Of a DNA stretch of 64,000 nt, positions 19,801 to 28,700 are shown piece by piece. Under the pieces are notes generated by a model. It saw nothing but the letters and a program-made list of their open reading frames with translations. It ran no database searches and was not told the DNA's origin. The stretch lies in NCBI GenBank assembly GCA_964489425.1, contig CAZAYP010000002.1:82725-146724 (forward strand). Direction: 5' to 3'. This DNA is from an uncultured Verrucomicrobiota bacterium (GTDB taxonomy: Bacteria; Verrucomicrobiota; Kiritimatiellia; RZYC01; CAZAYP01). The first letter of the stretch is position 1. The number at the start of each line of letters is the position of its first letter. The position numbers and the translations under genes were made by a program.

Positions 19801-22800
19801 GCCGCACTCTACAACACGTTCAAGCAGACGTTCTACTACGACGCGGCTCGGCCCGGCGGCTACATCCAGTACCCGGCCGCGGACGGCGACGCGGTGGGCG
19901 GCCAGCAGTACGGCGCCGTGGTGCGGTCGGACCATTCCGTGCGCGAAGCGTGGTTCCACATCGATGATGCTGATCCGAGCAACGACGACACGGCCACCGG
20001 CGTGGCCAACGGCAACGGCAACGGGTTCGAGCCATACACGGACGGCAACAACGACGGCGGCTACGACCTCGGCGAAGCCTTTGAGGACCTGAACCAGAAC
20101 GGCTCGTGGGACAGCAACATCGGCCAGTCCTGGGTGCACGCGTACCAGACCACGCCCGGCGACATGGCCACCGACTATCCCAAGGAGTGGCGGTTCACTT
20201 ATAACAACATTCCCGCCGGCGGCAGCAACGCGACCATCGCCGTGCGCCTGCGCGAGTGGTCCAGCGCCGAACGCGCCGTGTTCACCAACTACACCGACAC
20301 CACCGGCCACTTCACCACGCTCACGCGCACGGTCAAGACCTGGGGCCCGGACGTGCGCATGTTCATCGCCTGGCCCCAGCAGGACGGCGACACCGTGGGC
20401 GAAGGCTACGTGATGAAAACCTACTTCACCAAGTCGCTGGCCGACGGCCTGAGCGAGCAGGACCTCATCAACCGGTTCCTCATCAAGATCCAGAGTTCCG
20501 AGTCCGGCCGCACCACCGGCGGCGTGGCCCAGAGCCGCAGCGCGTACTCCATCGACTGGGACGAGGGCGATTACTATGCGCTGCTCTTCACCCTGCCGAA
20601 CCTGTACAACGGCGATCCCAACTGGCTGCATGGCCTCGAAGTCACGCATGAACGGCCCAGCATGGCTGACTTGGTGGCCACGCGCCTGGTCAAGGCGGCC
20701 CAGGCCGAAGAAGCCCCGTATGTCGCCATTATCGAGCCGCCCGAGTACGGCTCGGACGGCAGCCCACACGAGATCATCATCCCGGACGAAGCTGCGCCCA
20801 GCCCGGAAGAGTTGCGGACCACGGTCCGCGTCGAAACCGCCACCAACGTGGCCACGTTGAACATCTCGTTCGGGTCGTGGCCGGCGGACTATTTCCCCGG
20901 CGGCGGCATGAGCTTCGTCAGCAACAGCATTGTCGGCAGCACCAAGTATTGGGACTACGATTGGTCCAACCTCGTAGCCGGCACGTACCGGTTCACCGCC
21001 TGGGTGTTCACGCCGTCGGGCGCTTCCAACTCAGCCTCGCGCAACGCCACGGTCGTGCAGCGCGAGTGGGTCAGCGCCAATACCAATGATTTGGACGACG
21101 ATGATGACGGGTTGCTGGACGATAACGAGACCACCGCCGAGCCCCTGCCAAGCTTGCGTGAAATCAATCCGGAACCCAACCCGGAGAACTGGGACAACGG
21201 CGAAGTCCATATCCATTACGCCTATGGCAAGTCCCTGCCGCAAAGCCCGGACAGCGACGCCGACGGCCTGTCCGACGGCCTCGAGGTCGGCTGGCGCAAC
21301 CCGGCCTCGGCCACCGACACCAACGCCGACACCAACGGCGACGGCTGGCCGAATTTCCGCGCGGACTATGATCCGCCCTTTTACAACACGCTGGACAACG
21401 AGGGCAAGGTGCCGGGCGTCAACAGCCGCAGCCAGGGCGGCGACCGCGCGCTGCAGCTCTACGGCTCGACCACGGATCCCTCCAACCCGGACACGGATTA
21501 CGACGGCCTGCCCGACGGCATCGAGGACGCCAACCGCAACGGCTGGGTGGAGGGCGACGGCGCCGTGATCGATCCCACGTGGGACCCGTGGCTTGCGCGC
21601 TCGTGGCCCAACGACCGCCTGGATGTCGGCGAGACCTGGACGGAAACAGATCCCAACGATTCAGATACGGACAACGACAACTTGAGCGACGGCAACGGCG
21701 AAGACAAGGATTTTGACGGCCGGATCGCCGGCGACGCCAACACCAACCGCGTGTACAACGCAGGCGAAGAGTGGAGCGAGACCGATCCGCTCAATGCCGA
21801 CACGGACGACGACGGCCTGACGGATGGCTGGGAGGTCCAGTATAACTTCGATCCATTGGACGACGGCAGCAACAGCCTGCGCACCGCCGTGGCCGCGGAC
21901 GGCAACGTGACGAACGGTGCGGCCGGCGACCCGGACGCCGACACGTTCGACAACGCCACCGAGCTCGCCAACGGCACCAACCCGCGCTATGCCGATACCG
22001 GCGTGCCGCCGCCCGAAGGTACCATCACCATCGGCCGCGGGCCGGCGCTCGGCATCACCGGCGGCGTCACCAACTACCAGGAATTCACCGACTGGACCGC
22101 CGCGGATCTGATCGCGCTGGACGATTACAACAACGGCGGCAGCCAGGCCGTGGACATTTACCGCGCCTGGGACGGGTTTGACAGTTCGCGCGACCTGGTC
22201 GCGTTTTATGCCCACGACGGCGGCGATCTGGCCCTGGGCGGCGATGGCATGTTCTATTTCCGCGTCGATTTGCAGGATCTCCAGGCCCTGGCCGAAGACG
22301 CCTACGTGGATATTTACGTGATCGTGGACATGAACAGCCCGACCATCGGCGAGTACAGCCTGCCCGATTCCGCCGACCTGGTCACGGAAATGAAGTGGGA
22401 GGCCGCCGTGGCCGTTTACGGCGGCAACAACGGCCGCGTGTACGTGGATACCGAGCGCGGCAACAACTCGCTGTCGGCCGTCGATGACCTGGCGCCCTTC
22501 GGGGTGGTGGCACGCAACCAGGCCACAGCCAGCGGCTTTGGCCAGGCCTATTTCAACTCCGATCTCGACGCCGTGGAGTTCTCCATCAGCCGCCAGGCGC
22601 TGCGTGACGCCGGCTGGAACGGGCTCAACCCGAACCAGCTCAACTACCAGGTCTACACCACCAAGGACGGCACCCAGAACAGCCCCTTGGGCCCGGGCGA
22701 CATCGGCGGCCGCAACGACCTGCGCGACTCGATCACCGACGACTGGGTCTGCTCCGATTACTGGCGCGACCAGAACAACATCATCGCCAACGGCCGCCTC

Positions 22801-25329
22801 TACGGCCACCTCGGCCGGTCCGCGGACAACGATTTCGGCAAGAGCGCCAAGATCGCCATGGTGATGCACGGCAACCAGGCCATCCAACCCGGCAGCGAGA
22901 TCCAGGACTTGGTAAACAACGGCGTGGGCGCCGGCTATCACCGCGCGCTGGACGTGCACGAGGTGTTTAGCCAGCCGATGAACCTGCACATCACGCCCAC
23001 CCTGGCCGCGGCCCTGGAGTGGGCCCGGGTGGACACGAATGCCAGCGCCACCTGGCGCGACGGTCCCACGTTCAACGACCGGCTCCGCACGCTGGTGGCC
23101 ACCAACGTGGTGTGGCTGCTCGGCAGCACGTTTTCGGATCACATCCTGCCGTACTTCACGTCCGCATTCAACGCGGACAACGCCAGCCTGGCCGGCGAGT
23201 TTCTGCACACGATTTACGGCGCCCAGTTCACCGGCAGCACCCCGTTCTGGCCCGCGGAGCGCGTGCTCGATGACGATGTGTTCGCCAAGATCCAGGCCAT
23301 GGGATTCGGCTTTACCATCATGGATGCCGACACCCACATGTGGGAATGGTTCGGCCGCTACGCCGCGCTCGGCGACGACGGGTACCGCGTCAACCGCGTG
23401 CATGGCGTGTACTGTTTTGTGATCAACAACGCCGCGTGTGAATACCGGTTCGCCAACACCGACAGCGGGCTGGGCACGGCCCTGCGCGAGCTGCTCAACC
23501 GGCGCGCCCGCAGCAGCACCCAGGACCAGTTGGTCACCATCCTGAGCAATTGGGAGGATTTCGGCAGCAGCTCCCAGGCCGACGCTTATGACCGCAACCT
23601 GCGCTGGCTGGCCAACCACCCCTGGACCCAGCTGGTCAGCCTCGAGGAAGTCGCGGCCGGCGAAGTGGACACCGACGGCGACGGCAACGGCAACTACTTC
23701 GGCAACATCGATCGTGGCTCACCCACGCTCTCCAAGCAGGGCCACAACTGGGTCAACCATTCCACCCAGGGCGATTACGACAGCTGGTATTGCGGGTCCG
23801 GGCAGGAGGAAAGCCTGCAGAACAAGCAGTTCGATATCCGGCCGGGTACGCAAGTGCCCACGGCGTACGGCATGTTGTACTTCACCGGCATCATCAGCCA
23901 GGCCTGGGAGCGCGTCAACGCCATCGCCAACTCCAACGTCGCGCAACTGGCGCGCGCCGTGCTGCACGCCTCGCTGTTCGAGACCGCGTTCCACGACGAG
24001 GACAACAACAACCTGAGCCGCTTCAGCACCGGCGACTACATCTACCCCGACTCCTCCTCCAACAGCCTTGCCGCGTTCGCTGCCAACGCGCAATCCCAGA
24101 CCCGCCTGGCCGCCATGTACGCCCGCGTGGACACCTGGGCCGCGTCGGCTGCGGGCGTGACCACGCCGCAGGCTTCCGCGGAGGACGTGGACCTGGACGG
24201 CGAGAGCGAGTACCTGCTCTACAACAACCGCGTGTGCGCCGTGTTCGAGCGTATCGGCGGCCGCTTGGTCGCGGCCTGGTACCGCGACGTGGTGGACAGC
24301 CAGGTGTACCAAGTGGTGGGCAACGCCGCCGGCTACAGCGGCGCGGCCACGGAAGAGGAGGGGACCTACAACGTCGAGACCAACCGCGACGTGGTGGCCT
24401 ACCGCACCTCCTGCCTCAAGGACTGGTGGCTGGCGCCCGCTGGCACCGCCCAGTACGTCAACGATCTGTACGCCGCGGCCGGCGTGGCCGGCGGCTGGCG
24501 GTTCACCTCCAGCGACGGCAAGATTCAGAAAACCATCACGCTGGCCACCAACACGCCCAAGCTCGAAGTGGCCTACGTGCTGTCCGGCGTCGGCGCCACC
24601 AGCCTGTATGTCCGCAACGGGCTGTCGCCGAACCTGTACAATCTGCTGCTGCGCGGCCAGCGCACCCTGGCCCCGGCGCGCGCCAGCGGCGGCGTGGTGA
24701 GCGTGGCCGAGACCAACTACGCGACCACGGTGACCGCGTGGCTCGGGTATGGCGATGCGGGCCACGCCGCGGGCTACATCGATTCCGCGGTGGACGACAA
24801 CCCCGGCTCGGGCGTCAGCTTTTACACGCTCAACATGCGCAACCAGGCCCAGACCCACCAGGTCGAGCTGGTGGGCACCAACACGTTTACCTTTGCGCTG
24901 GGGTTCAGCGCCGGCGCGTCCGACTGGGACAGCGACGGCATGCCGAACACGTACTCCGACCGCTACGACCTGGAGGCTCATCCGCAGGGCGGCGCTGACC
25001 AGGACGCCGACGGGGATCGCATTTCCAACAAGGACGAGTACGTGGCCGGCACCAGCCCGCTGGACGGCACCGATTATCTCTACGTGAACGATCCGACGCT
25101 CCAGGGCAGCAATATCCGCCTGCTGTTCCCTACGGAACTGAACCGGCGGTACTTCGTCTGGTATAAAAACAACCTGTTGCGCGATGCCACATGGAGCTTG
25201 GCCACGCCGGCCGGCCTCAGCGGCACTGGCGCCGGTTACCAGTGGACGGATGATGGCGCGCATACCGCGCCCCCGCCCGGCGTGGCCACCAGCCGCTATT
25301 ACCGGATCGAAGTGGCTCTGCCGGACTAG
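16852..25329 (+). CDS. Giant (2825 aa) secreted multi-enzyme: GH13_5-like alpha-amylase, putative CBM module, TSP3-type calcium-binding repeats, GH57-like domain, C-terminal FN3-like module
   Basis: GGAGAA then ATG at 16852; signal MAMTRRTIVFLAVVAAVISAAGW. N-terminus LQYFNTSYAEITDKMPELAEAGYSSIWLPPPTK...GYDLWDPLDIG...RTRYGTEAELM...IYFDNIMNHRA...GLRLDAVKHV is characteristic of liquefying alpha-amylases. Dx(D/N)xDGxxD repeats at about 21090-21990. Segment 22840-23500 carries GH57-like motifs (HGNQAIQP, FWPAERVL, IMDADTHMWEWFG). Confidence 0.9.
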   Translation: MAMTRRTIVFLAVVAAVISAAGWFPQEARAEAMLQYFNTSYAEITDKMPELAEAGYSSIWLPPPTKGSGGLSVGYDLWDPLDIGGKDQRGSIRTRYGTEAELMILLETAHRFGIRIYFDNIMNHRAFDIPGYNEGTDIYIYPGMVPEDFHLRVTEEGYYRKWDNCRDWNSTWQVQNLGLADLIDIAHETPNDNFGANEGDDHPKISFIRHPNNPEYYLDTDLPISVGYGIYSWSEYTFANKEPYDDVGYTNASAVFVSAAVGNGKFDWEDLNANGQHDVGETGESFDDTGLDPSRWTSADRGYGDGKYNMGNPGYEDVGAYLIRAGRWLMDYTRADGLRLDAVKHVPAYFFGDYGSDTSGNGYCGGAQVQFNVSRGFSDWDNHRDTVFNTEGNRDDAMMFGEHLGEPPGYGDYLGRGMRLVDNPLRNEFNSRLGSPWNGLSGYDQSGYGGFSAACGVMHAQSHDNDYASRRELQHAFYFTRDGLGLLYTDGNHHAETLGESGGAFPRHANTAFLGQWGDLRIPNLLYIHEQFGRGYQKGVWSDGDYVAYQRMDWRQGGSTDGDKVVMLIMINDDYSGGQARDIRGSISFGHTPFVDDAYLYNYSTYGGGFYTYASALNTVIVPAGGYFVFSWRTPEESALWSGFGGDPVTFYENGRQAGTMSYTRTDGPDGDANYNPYGVADTNAADYSYTYTIPRVTSSTNLRIVARADGSAANVLLRLDGGVDLDGDGRDNPPALSSDVYLGFEQPSFVKRIYKEKFAAADSARNRIGSAGAETYHMTIGSTGYRTNYSNGANDWDNSETAMWIWHNPQSTTDLGPNHFTPAPDSAAGTSITVWVKSGNQFNMNNVALYYTTNGTTWPEGAGGEGYEQTRVVPFAWDHNQYESTTNDWWKATIPALPAGTVLRYKIGCYKQQGEGTWSVTWPADAGAVATKLNRMGVWEVTNINAAALTVYPHNDYGNKYTGLREGFHLLTARAFLERDARAALYNTFKQTFYYDAARPGGYIQYPAADGDAVGGQQYGAVVRSDHSVREAWFHIDDADPSNDDTATGVANGNGNGFEPYTDGNNDGGYDLGEAFEDLNQNGSWDSNIGQSWVHAYQTTPGDMATDYPKEWRFTYNNIPAGGSNATIAVRLREWSSAERAVFTNYTDTTGHFTTLTRTVKTWGPDVRMFIAWPQQDGDTVGEGYVMKTYFTKSLADGLSEQDLINRFLIKIQSSESGRTTGGVAQSRSAYSIDWDEGDYYALLFTLPNLYNGDPNWLHGLEVTHERPSMADLVATRLVKAAQAEEAPYVAIIEPPEYGSDGSPHEIIIPDEAAPSPEELRTTVRVETATNVATLNISFGSWPADYFPGGGMSFVSNSIVGSTKYWDYDWSNLVAGTYRFTAWVFTPSGASNSASRNATVVQREWVSANTNDLDDDDDGLLDDNETTAEPLPSLREINPEPNPENWDNGEVHIHYAYGKSLPQSPDSDADGLSDGLEVGWRNPASATDTNADTNGDGWPNFRADYDPPFYNTLDNEGKVPGVNSRSQGGDRALQLYGSTTDPSNPDTDYDGLPDGIEDANRNGWVEGDGAVIDPTWDPWLARSWPNDRLDVGETWTETDPNDSDTDNDNLSDGNGEDKDFDGRIAGDANTNRVYNAGEEWSETDPLNADTDDDGLTDGWEVQYNFDPLDDGSNSLRTAVAADGNVTNGAAGDPDADTFDNATELANGTNPRYADTGVPPPEGTITIGRGPALGITGGVTNYQEFTDWTAADLIALDDYNNGGSQAVDIYRAWDGFDSSRDLVAFYAHDGGDLALGGDGMFYFRVDLQDLQALAEDAYVDIYVIVDMNSPTIGEYSLPDSADLVTEMKWEAAVAVYGGNNGRVYVDTERGNNSLSAVDDLAPFGVVARNQATASGFGQAYFNSDLDAVEFSISRQALRDAGWNGLNPNQLNYQVYTTKDGTQNSPLGPGDIGGRNDLRDSITDDWVCSDYWRDQNNIIANGRLYGHLGRSADNDFGKSAKIAMVMHGNQAIQPGSEIQDLVNNGVGAGYHRALDVHEVFSQPMNLHITPTLAAALEWARVDTNASATWRDGPTFNDRLRTLVATNVVWLLGSTFSDHILPYFTSAFNADNASLAGEFLHTIYGAQFTGSTPFWPAERVLDDDVFAKIQAMGFGFTIMDADTHMWEWFGRYAALGDDGYRVNRVHGVYCFVINNAACEYRFANTDSGLGTALRELLNRRARSSTQDQLVTILSNWEDFGSSSQADAYDRNLRWLANHPWTQLVSLEEVAAGEVDTDGDGNGNYFGNIDRGSPTLSKQGHNWVNHSTQGDYDSWYCGSGQEESLQNKQFDIRPGTQVPTAYGMLYFTGIISQAWERVNAIANSNVAQLARAVLHASLFETAFHDEDNNNLSRFSTGDYIYPDSSSNSLAAFAANAQSQTRLAAMYARVDTWAASAAGVTTPQASAEDVDLDGESEYLLYNNRVCAVFERIGGRLVAAWYRDVVDSQVYQVVGNAAGYSGAATEEEGTYNVETNRDVVAYRTSCLKDWWLAPAGTAQYVNDLYAAAGVAGGWRFTSSDGKIQKTITLATNTPKLEVAYVLSGVGATSLYVRNGLSPNLYNLLLRGQRTLAPARASGGVVSVAETNYATTVTAWLGYGDAGHAAGYIDSAVDDNPGSGVSFYTLNMRNQAQTHQVELVGTNTFTFALGFSAGASDWDSDGMPNTYSDRYDLEAHPQGGADQDADGDRISNKDEYVAGTSPLDGTDYLYVNDPTLQGSNIRLLFPTELNRRYFVWYKNNLLRDATWSLATPAGLSGTGAGYQWTDDGAHTAPPPGVATSRYYRIEVALPD

Positions 25330-25350
25330 AACATAGGAATAGGTCGCGCC

Positions 25351-25455
25351 AGACCCTGACGGCGGCGACGGAGCGCCGTCCTCCACCTGAGAATCATGAT
25401 CGCGCCGATGGAGGGCGCCGCTTCGTCGGCGCCGATAACGGACAATCATTCTGAA
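25351..25455 (+). repeat. Repeat family rep3, copy 2, immediately 3' of the stop at 25329
   Basis: About 93% identical to 7630-7728. Confidence 0.7.
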
Positions 25456-25466
25456 AAACCAAACCT

Positions 25467-25572
25467 AGAAAGAGCAGATAAACTACGAAACACGCGAATT
25501 ACACGAATTTCTGCGGCAACGAGTTTCGCGTTATTCGCGTGTTTCGTAGTTAATTCAAATGCTGAATTTAGG
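25467..25572 (+). mobile_element. MITE-like element, copy B; an internally deleted (~106 bp) derivative
   Basis: Retains both 27-bp subterminal inverted repeats and both termini (agaaagagcagat..., ...caaatgctgaatttagg) but lacks the ~105-bp central segment present in copies A and C. Confidence 0.7.
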
Positions 25573-25611
25573 ATAAATATTCTCGCGCAAAGACGCCAAG
25601 CCGCCAAGAAG

Positions 25612-25716
25612 CCAGATCCGGCTTTGCGTCGCCGTGTCTTGGCGAGATATTATTCTGGTCCCGATTCCTGCATGGTGGGCTGGACTACCGCTGAAGATCT
25701 GAAGCCAGGTGGGGTG
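25612..25716 (+). repeat. Repeat family rep2, intact copy; it overlaps and encodes the last ~19 codons and the TAA stop of the histidine-kinase gene
   Basis: Aligns with the split copy at 6540-6615 and 6823-6850. On the minus strand it reads ...PGFRSSAVVQPTMQESGPE*. Confidence 0.7.
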
Positions 25717-28700
25717 GCGGCGGCCTTGGCAGCGCCTGCTTCCGGCAGAACGCGTTGCAGCACGGCGATCAGTTGATCCGGTTTAATCGGTTTCGCGATG
25801 TAGTCGTCCATGCCCGCCGCCAGAAACCGCTCGCGGTCGCCCGGCATGACATGTGCGGTCATGGCCACTATCGGCAGGCGGAGAACGGATGAAGGATGAG
25901 GGATGAAGGATGAATCCTCCGCCTTCCGATCTCTGACTTCATCCGTCATCCTTCCGCCTTCATCCTTTTCTTTGGCGCGAATGCGCCGCGTCGCTTCCAG
26001 GCCATCCATGACCGGCATTTGGATGTCCATGAAGACGAGATCGTAGTCGTTCTTTTCCAGCGCGGCGAGCGCCTGCGCGCCATGTTCCGCCACCTCCACA
26101 CGCGCGCCCAGCTTGCGGAGCAGAAACCGGGCCGCAAGCTGATTGGTCGCGTCGTCCTCGACCAGTAAAATCCGGGCGTTGAATTGCAGGTCAGCGCTGG
26201 TTCTCGCGCCCTGCGGCTGGCGCTCGATGTCTGTTGGCGCGCAAACGGTCAGCGGGAGGGTCAGCACGAACGTCGAGCCCTGGCCCAACGCGCTTTGCGC
26301 CGTGATGTCGCCGCCCATGAGCCGGGCCAGATCCCGCGCAATGGCCAGCCCCAACCCCGTGCCGCCAAAACGCCGGATATTGGAATCGTCCACCTGCATG
26401 AAGGGGGAAAACAGTGCGTCGAGCTTCTCCGCCGGGATGCCGATGCCCGTATCAACCACCGAAAAGCGCAGCCAGATTGTTGGTTTTTCGTTCTTCGTTC
26501 TTTGTTCTACGTTTATCCTTAATCCGTTATCCTTCATCCTTTCAACGCGCACCGCCACCGTGACGCGCCCTTGTTCCGTGAACTTGATCGCGTTGCCAAT
26601 CAGATTGAACAGAATCTGGCGCAGGTGTTCACCGTCGCCACGCACGGCTTGGGGCGCATCCTCCGCTACGTCGCACCCGAATTCCAGGCGCTTGTCGCGG
26701 GCCTGAAGTTCCATGACGGCGGCGATATCCCCCAGCAAGGTTCGCACGTTGAAATCGGATTCGCGAATCTCCATTCTTCCGGCTTCGATCCGGGAAAGGT
26801 CCAGAATCTCATTGATCACATGGAGCAGCGCCTGGCCGCTTTTTTCGATGGTCTGCACAAATAGCCGCTGTTCGTCGTCAAGCTGCGTAGCGCCCAGCAG
26901 GTGGGCAAACCCAAGCACCCCGTTCATGGGCGTGCGGATCTCATGGCTCATGTTGGCCAGAAAACGGCTCTTCGCCACCGTCGCCGCCTCCGCCGCCTCC
27001 TTGGCCTCGCGCAGCGCATCCTCTGCCCGTTTGCGCTCGGTGATGTCCTGGAGGGACCCCGACAGGCGGACGACGCGTCCGTCTTTCTTCTCGGCTTGTC
27101 CGTGGGCCAGGCACGTCCGGGTGGCGCCGTCCATGCAGAGGGCGTGCAGCTCGAGCTCGTAGGGGGTGCCTTCGCGGAGGGCGGCTGCCACGGCTTCGTT
27201 CAGCTGGCGGAAATCCTCCGGCGTATAGAGGGAGGAATGCTCCGCGAAGGAGGGGGCGCCCAGGTCCGGGGCGCGCCGGAAGATGCGGAAGAGTTCGTCC
27301 GACCAGATGACGGTGTCGCTGGCCACCTCCCATTCCCAACTGCCGACGTGGGCGAGGGCTTCTGTTTGCTCGAATATGGCCTGCTTGCGTTGCAGATCTT
27401 CCTCGACCCGCTTGCGCTCGGTGATGTCAGCGAAGACACAGGCGAACTGGTTGGGCGTGGGCCGGAAGGCCGACACCATGAAGATTTTTCCCAGTGCGCC
27501 GGAGTGGTTCTCGAAGGAGGCTGGTTCACCGGTCAGGGCCACCTTCCCGTAGGTTTCGATCCAGTGGCGCTCGGTGCCCGGCAGGACTTCCAAGACGGTC
27601 TTGCCGACAACATCCTGCGCCTTCAAGCCAGTCATGCGCTCGAAGGCCGGGTTGACGGCCAGAAAACGATAGTCCACCGGTTTTCCCGCCGCATCACAAA
27701 CGATCTCATGCAGGGCGAAGCCATCCAGCATCTCGCGGAACAGCGTCTGGTATTGCTGCTCGGCCCGGTGGTAGGCCGTCATGTCAACCGCCGAAGCTGC
27801 CACATACTGGGGCGCGCCCCGTTCATCCTTGAGGAGTACCCCGTTCATCAGCATGGGAAATTCCGTCCCGTCCCGATGGAGATGCCAGACCTCCGTGGGC
27901 TTGAAATGACCCTCCCGCAGCATGGTGGCAATAAGATGTTCCACCAGATCCATTCGTTCCGGGCTGTGAAACACGGAAAGAGGACGGCCCATCAGTTCCT
28001 CGGGAGTGTATCCGTGGATACTGGCAAAGAACCGGTTTACATACAGCAAATGGCCTTGAAGATCGGCAATCGCCTTGCCATAAACCGCATGGTCTGAAAT
28101 CGTCTTGAATCGCCTGTTCTCCTCCTCGGCACGTTTTCGCTCTGTGATGTCGCGCAGGAAACAGAAGAACAAGCCCAACTTGAACGTCGTGCTGACTTCA
28201 ACCTCGATGATCTTGCCATCCTTGCGGCGGTGCTTGGTCTCAAAGCGGTCTATGCCATCCTTGCGATTCGCTTCAATATGCTTGGCCGTCTCATCCGGGG
28301 TTTCTGCGGCGTCCAGATCGGAAATGCACATGGCGAGCAGTTCCTCCCTGCTGTAGCCGCTCATCCGGCAAGCAGCCTCGTTGACATCCAGAAACCGCCC
28401 CTGAACGTCCATCAGCCAGAAGCCATCCATGGCTGCGTGAAGGATGTTTCGGTGCCGCCACTCGCTTTCCCGCAACGCCTCATCGGAGCGTTTTTGCTCC
28501 GTGATGTCGCGCACCGTTCCGGCCATCCGGATCGGTTGTCCGGCATCGTCGAAGAAGGTCTCCGCGACTTCATGAACCATCCGTTCTGATCCATCTGGCC
28601 AAACGATGCGATGTTCCACATTAAAGGGTTTTCGTTCACACCATGCAGCCTGCGTCACTGTATTCATCATGGATCGGTCATCGGGATGAACACATTCGAA

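Noticed and set aside
16774-20769. 1331-aa minus-strand ORF, plus similar long antisense ORFs (3338..4657-, 5405..6412-, 9179..10915+, 13556..16111+, 21661..23619-, 23719..25449-, 39558..42764-, 44475..46592-, 49765..51843-, 56455..58203+, 62342..63991+)
   Set aside because: They lie entirely antisense to well-supported genes with recognisable domains. Their translations are Ala/Gly/Arg/Val-rich with no motifs, which is typical of shadow ORFs in 65% GC DNA.
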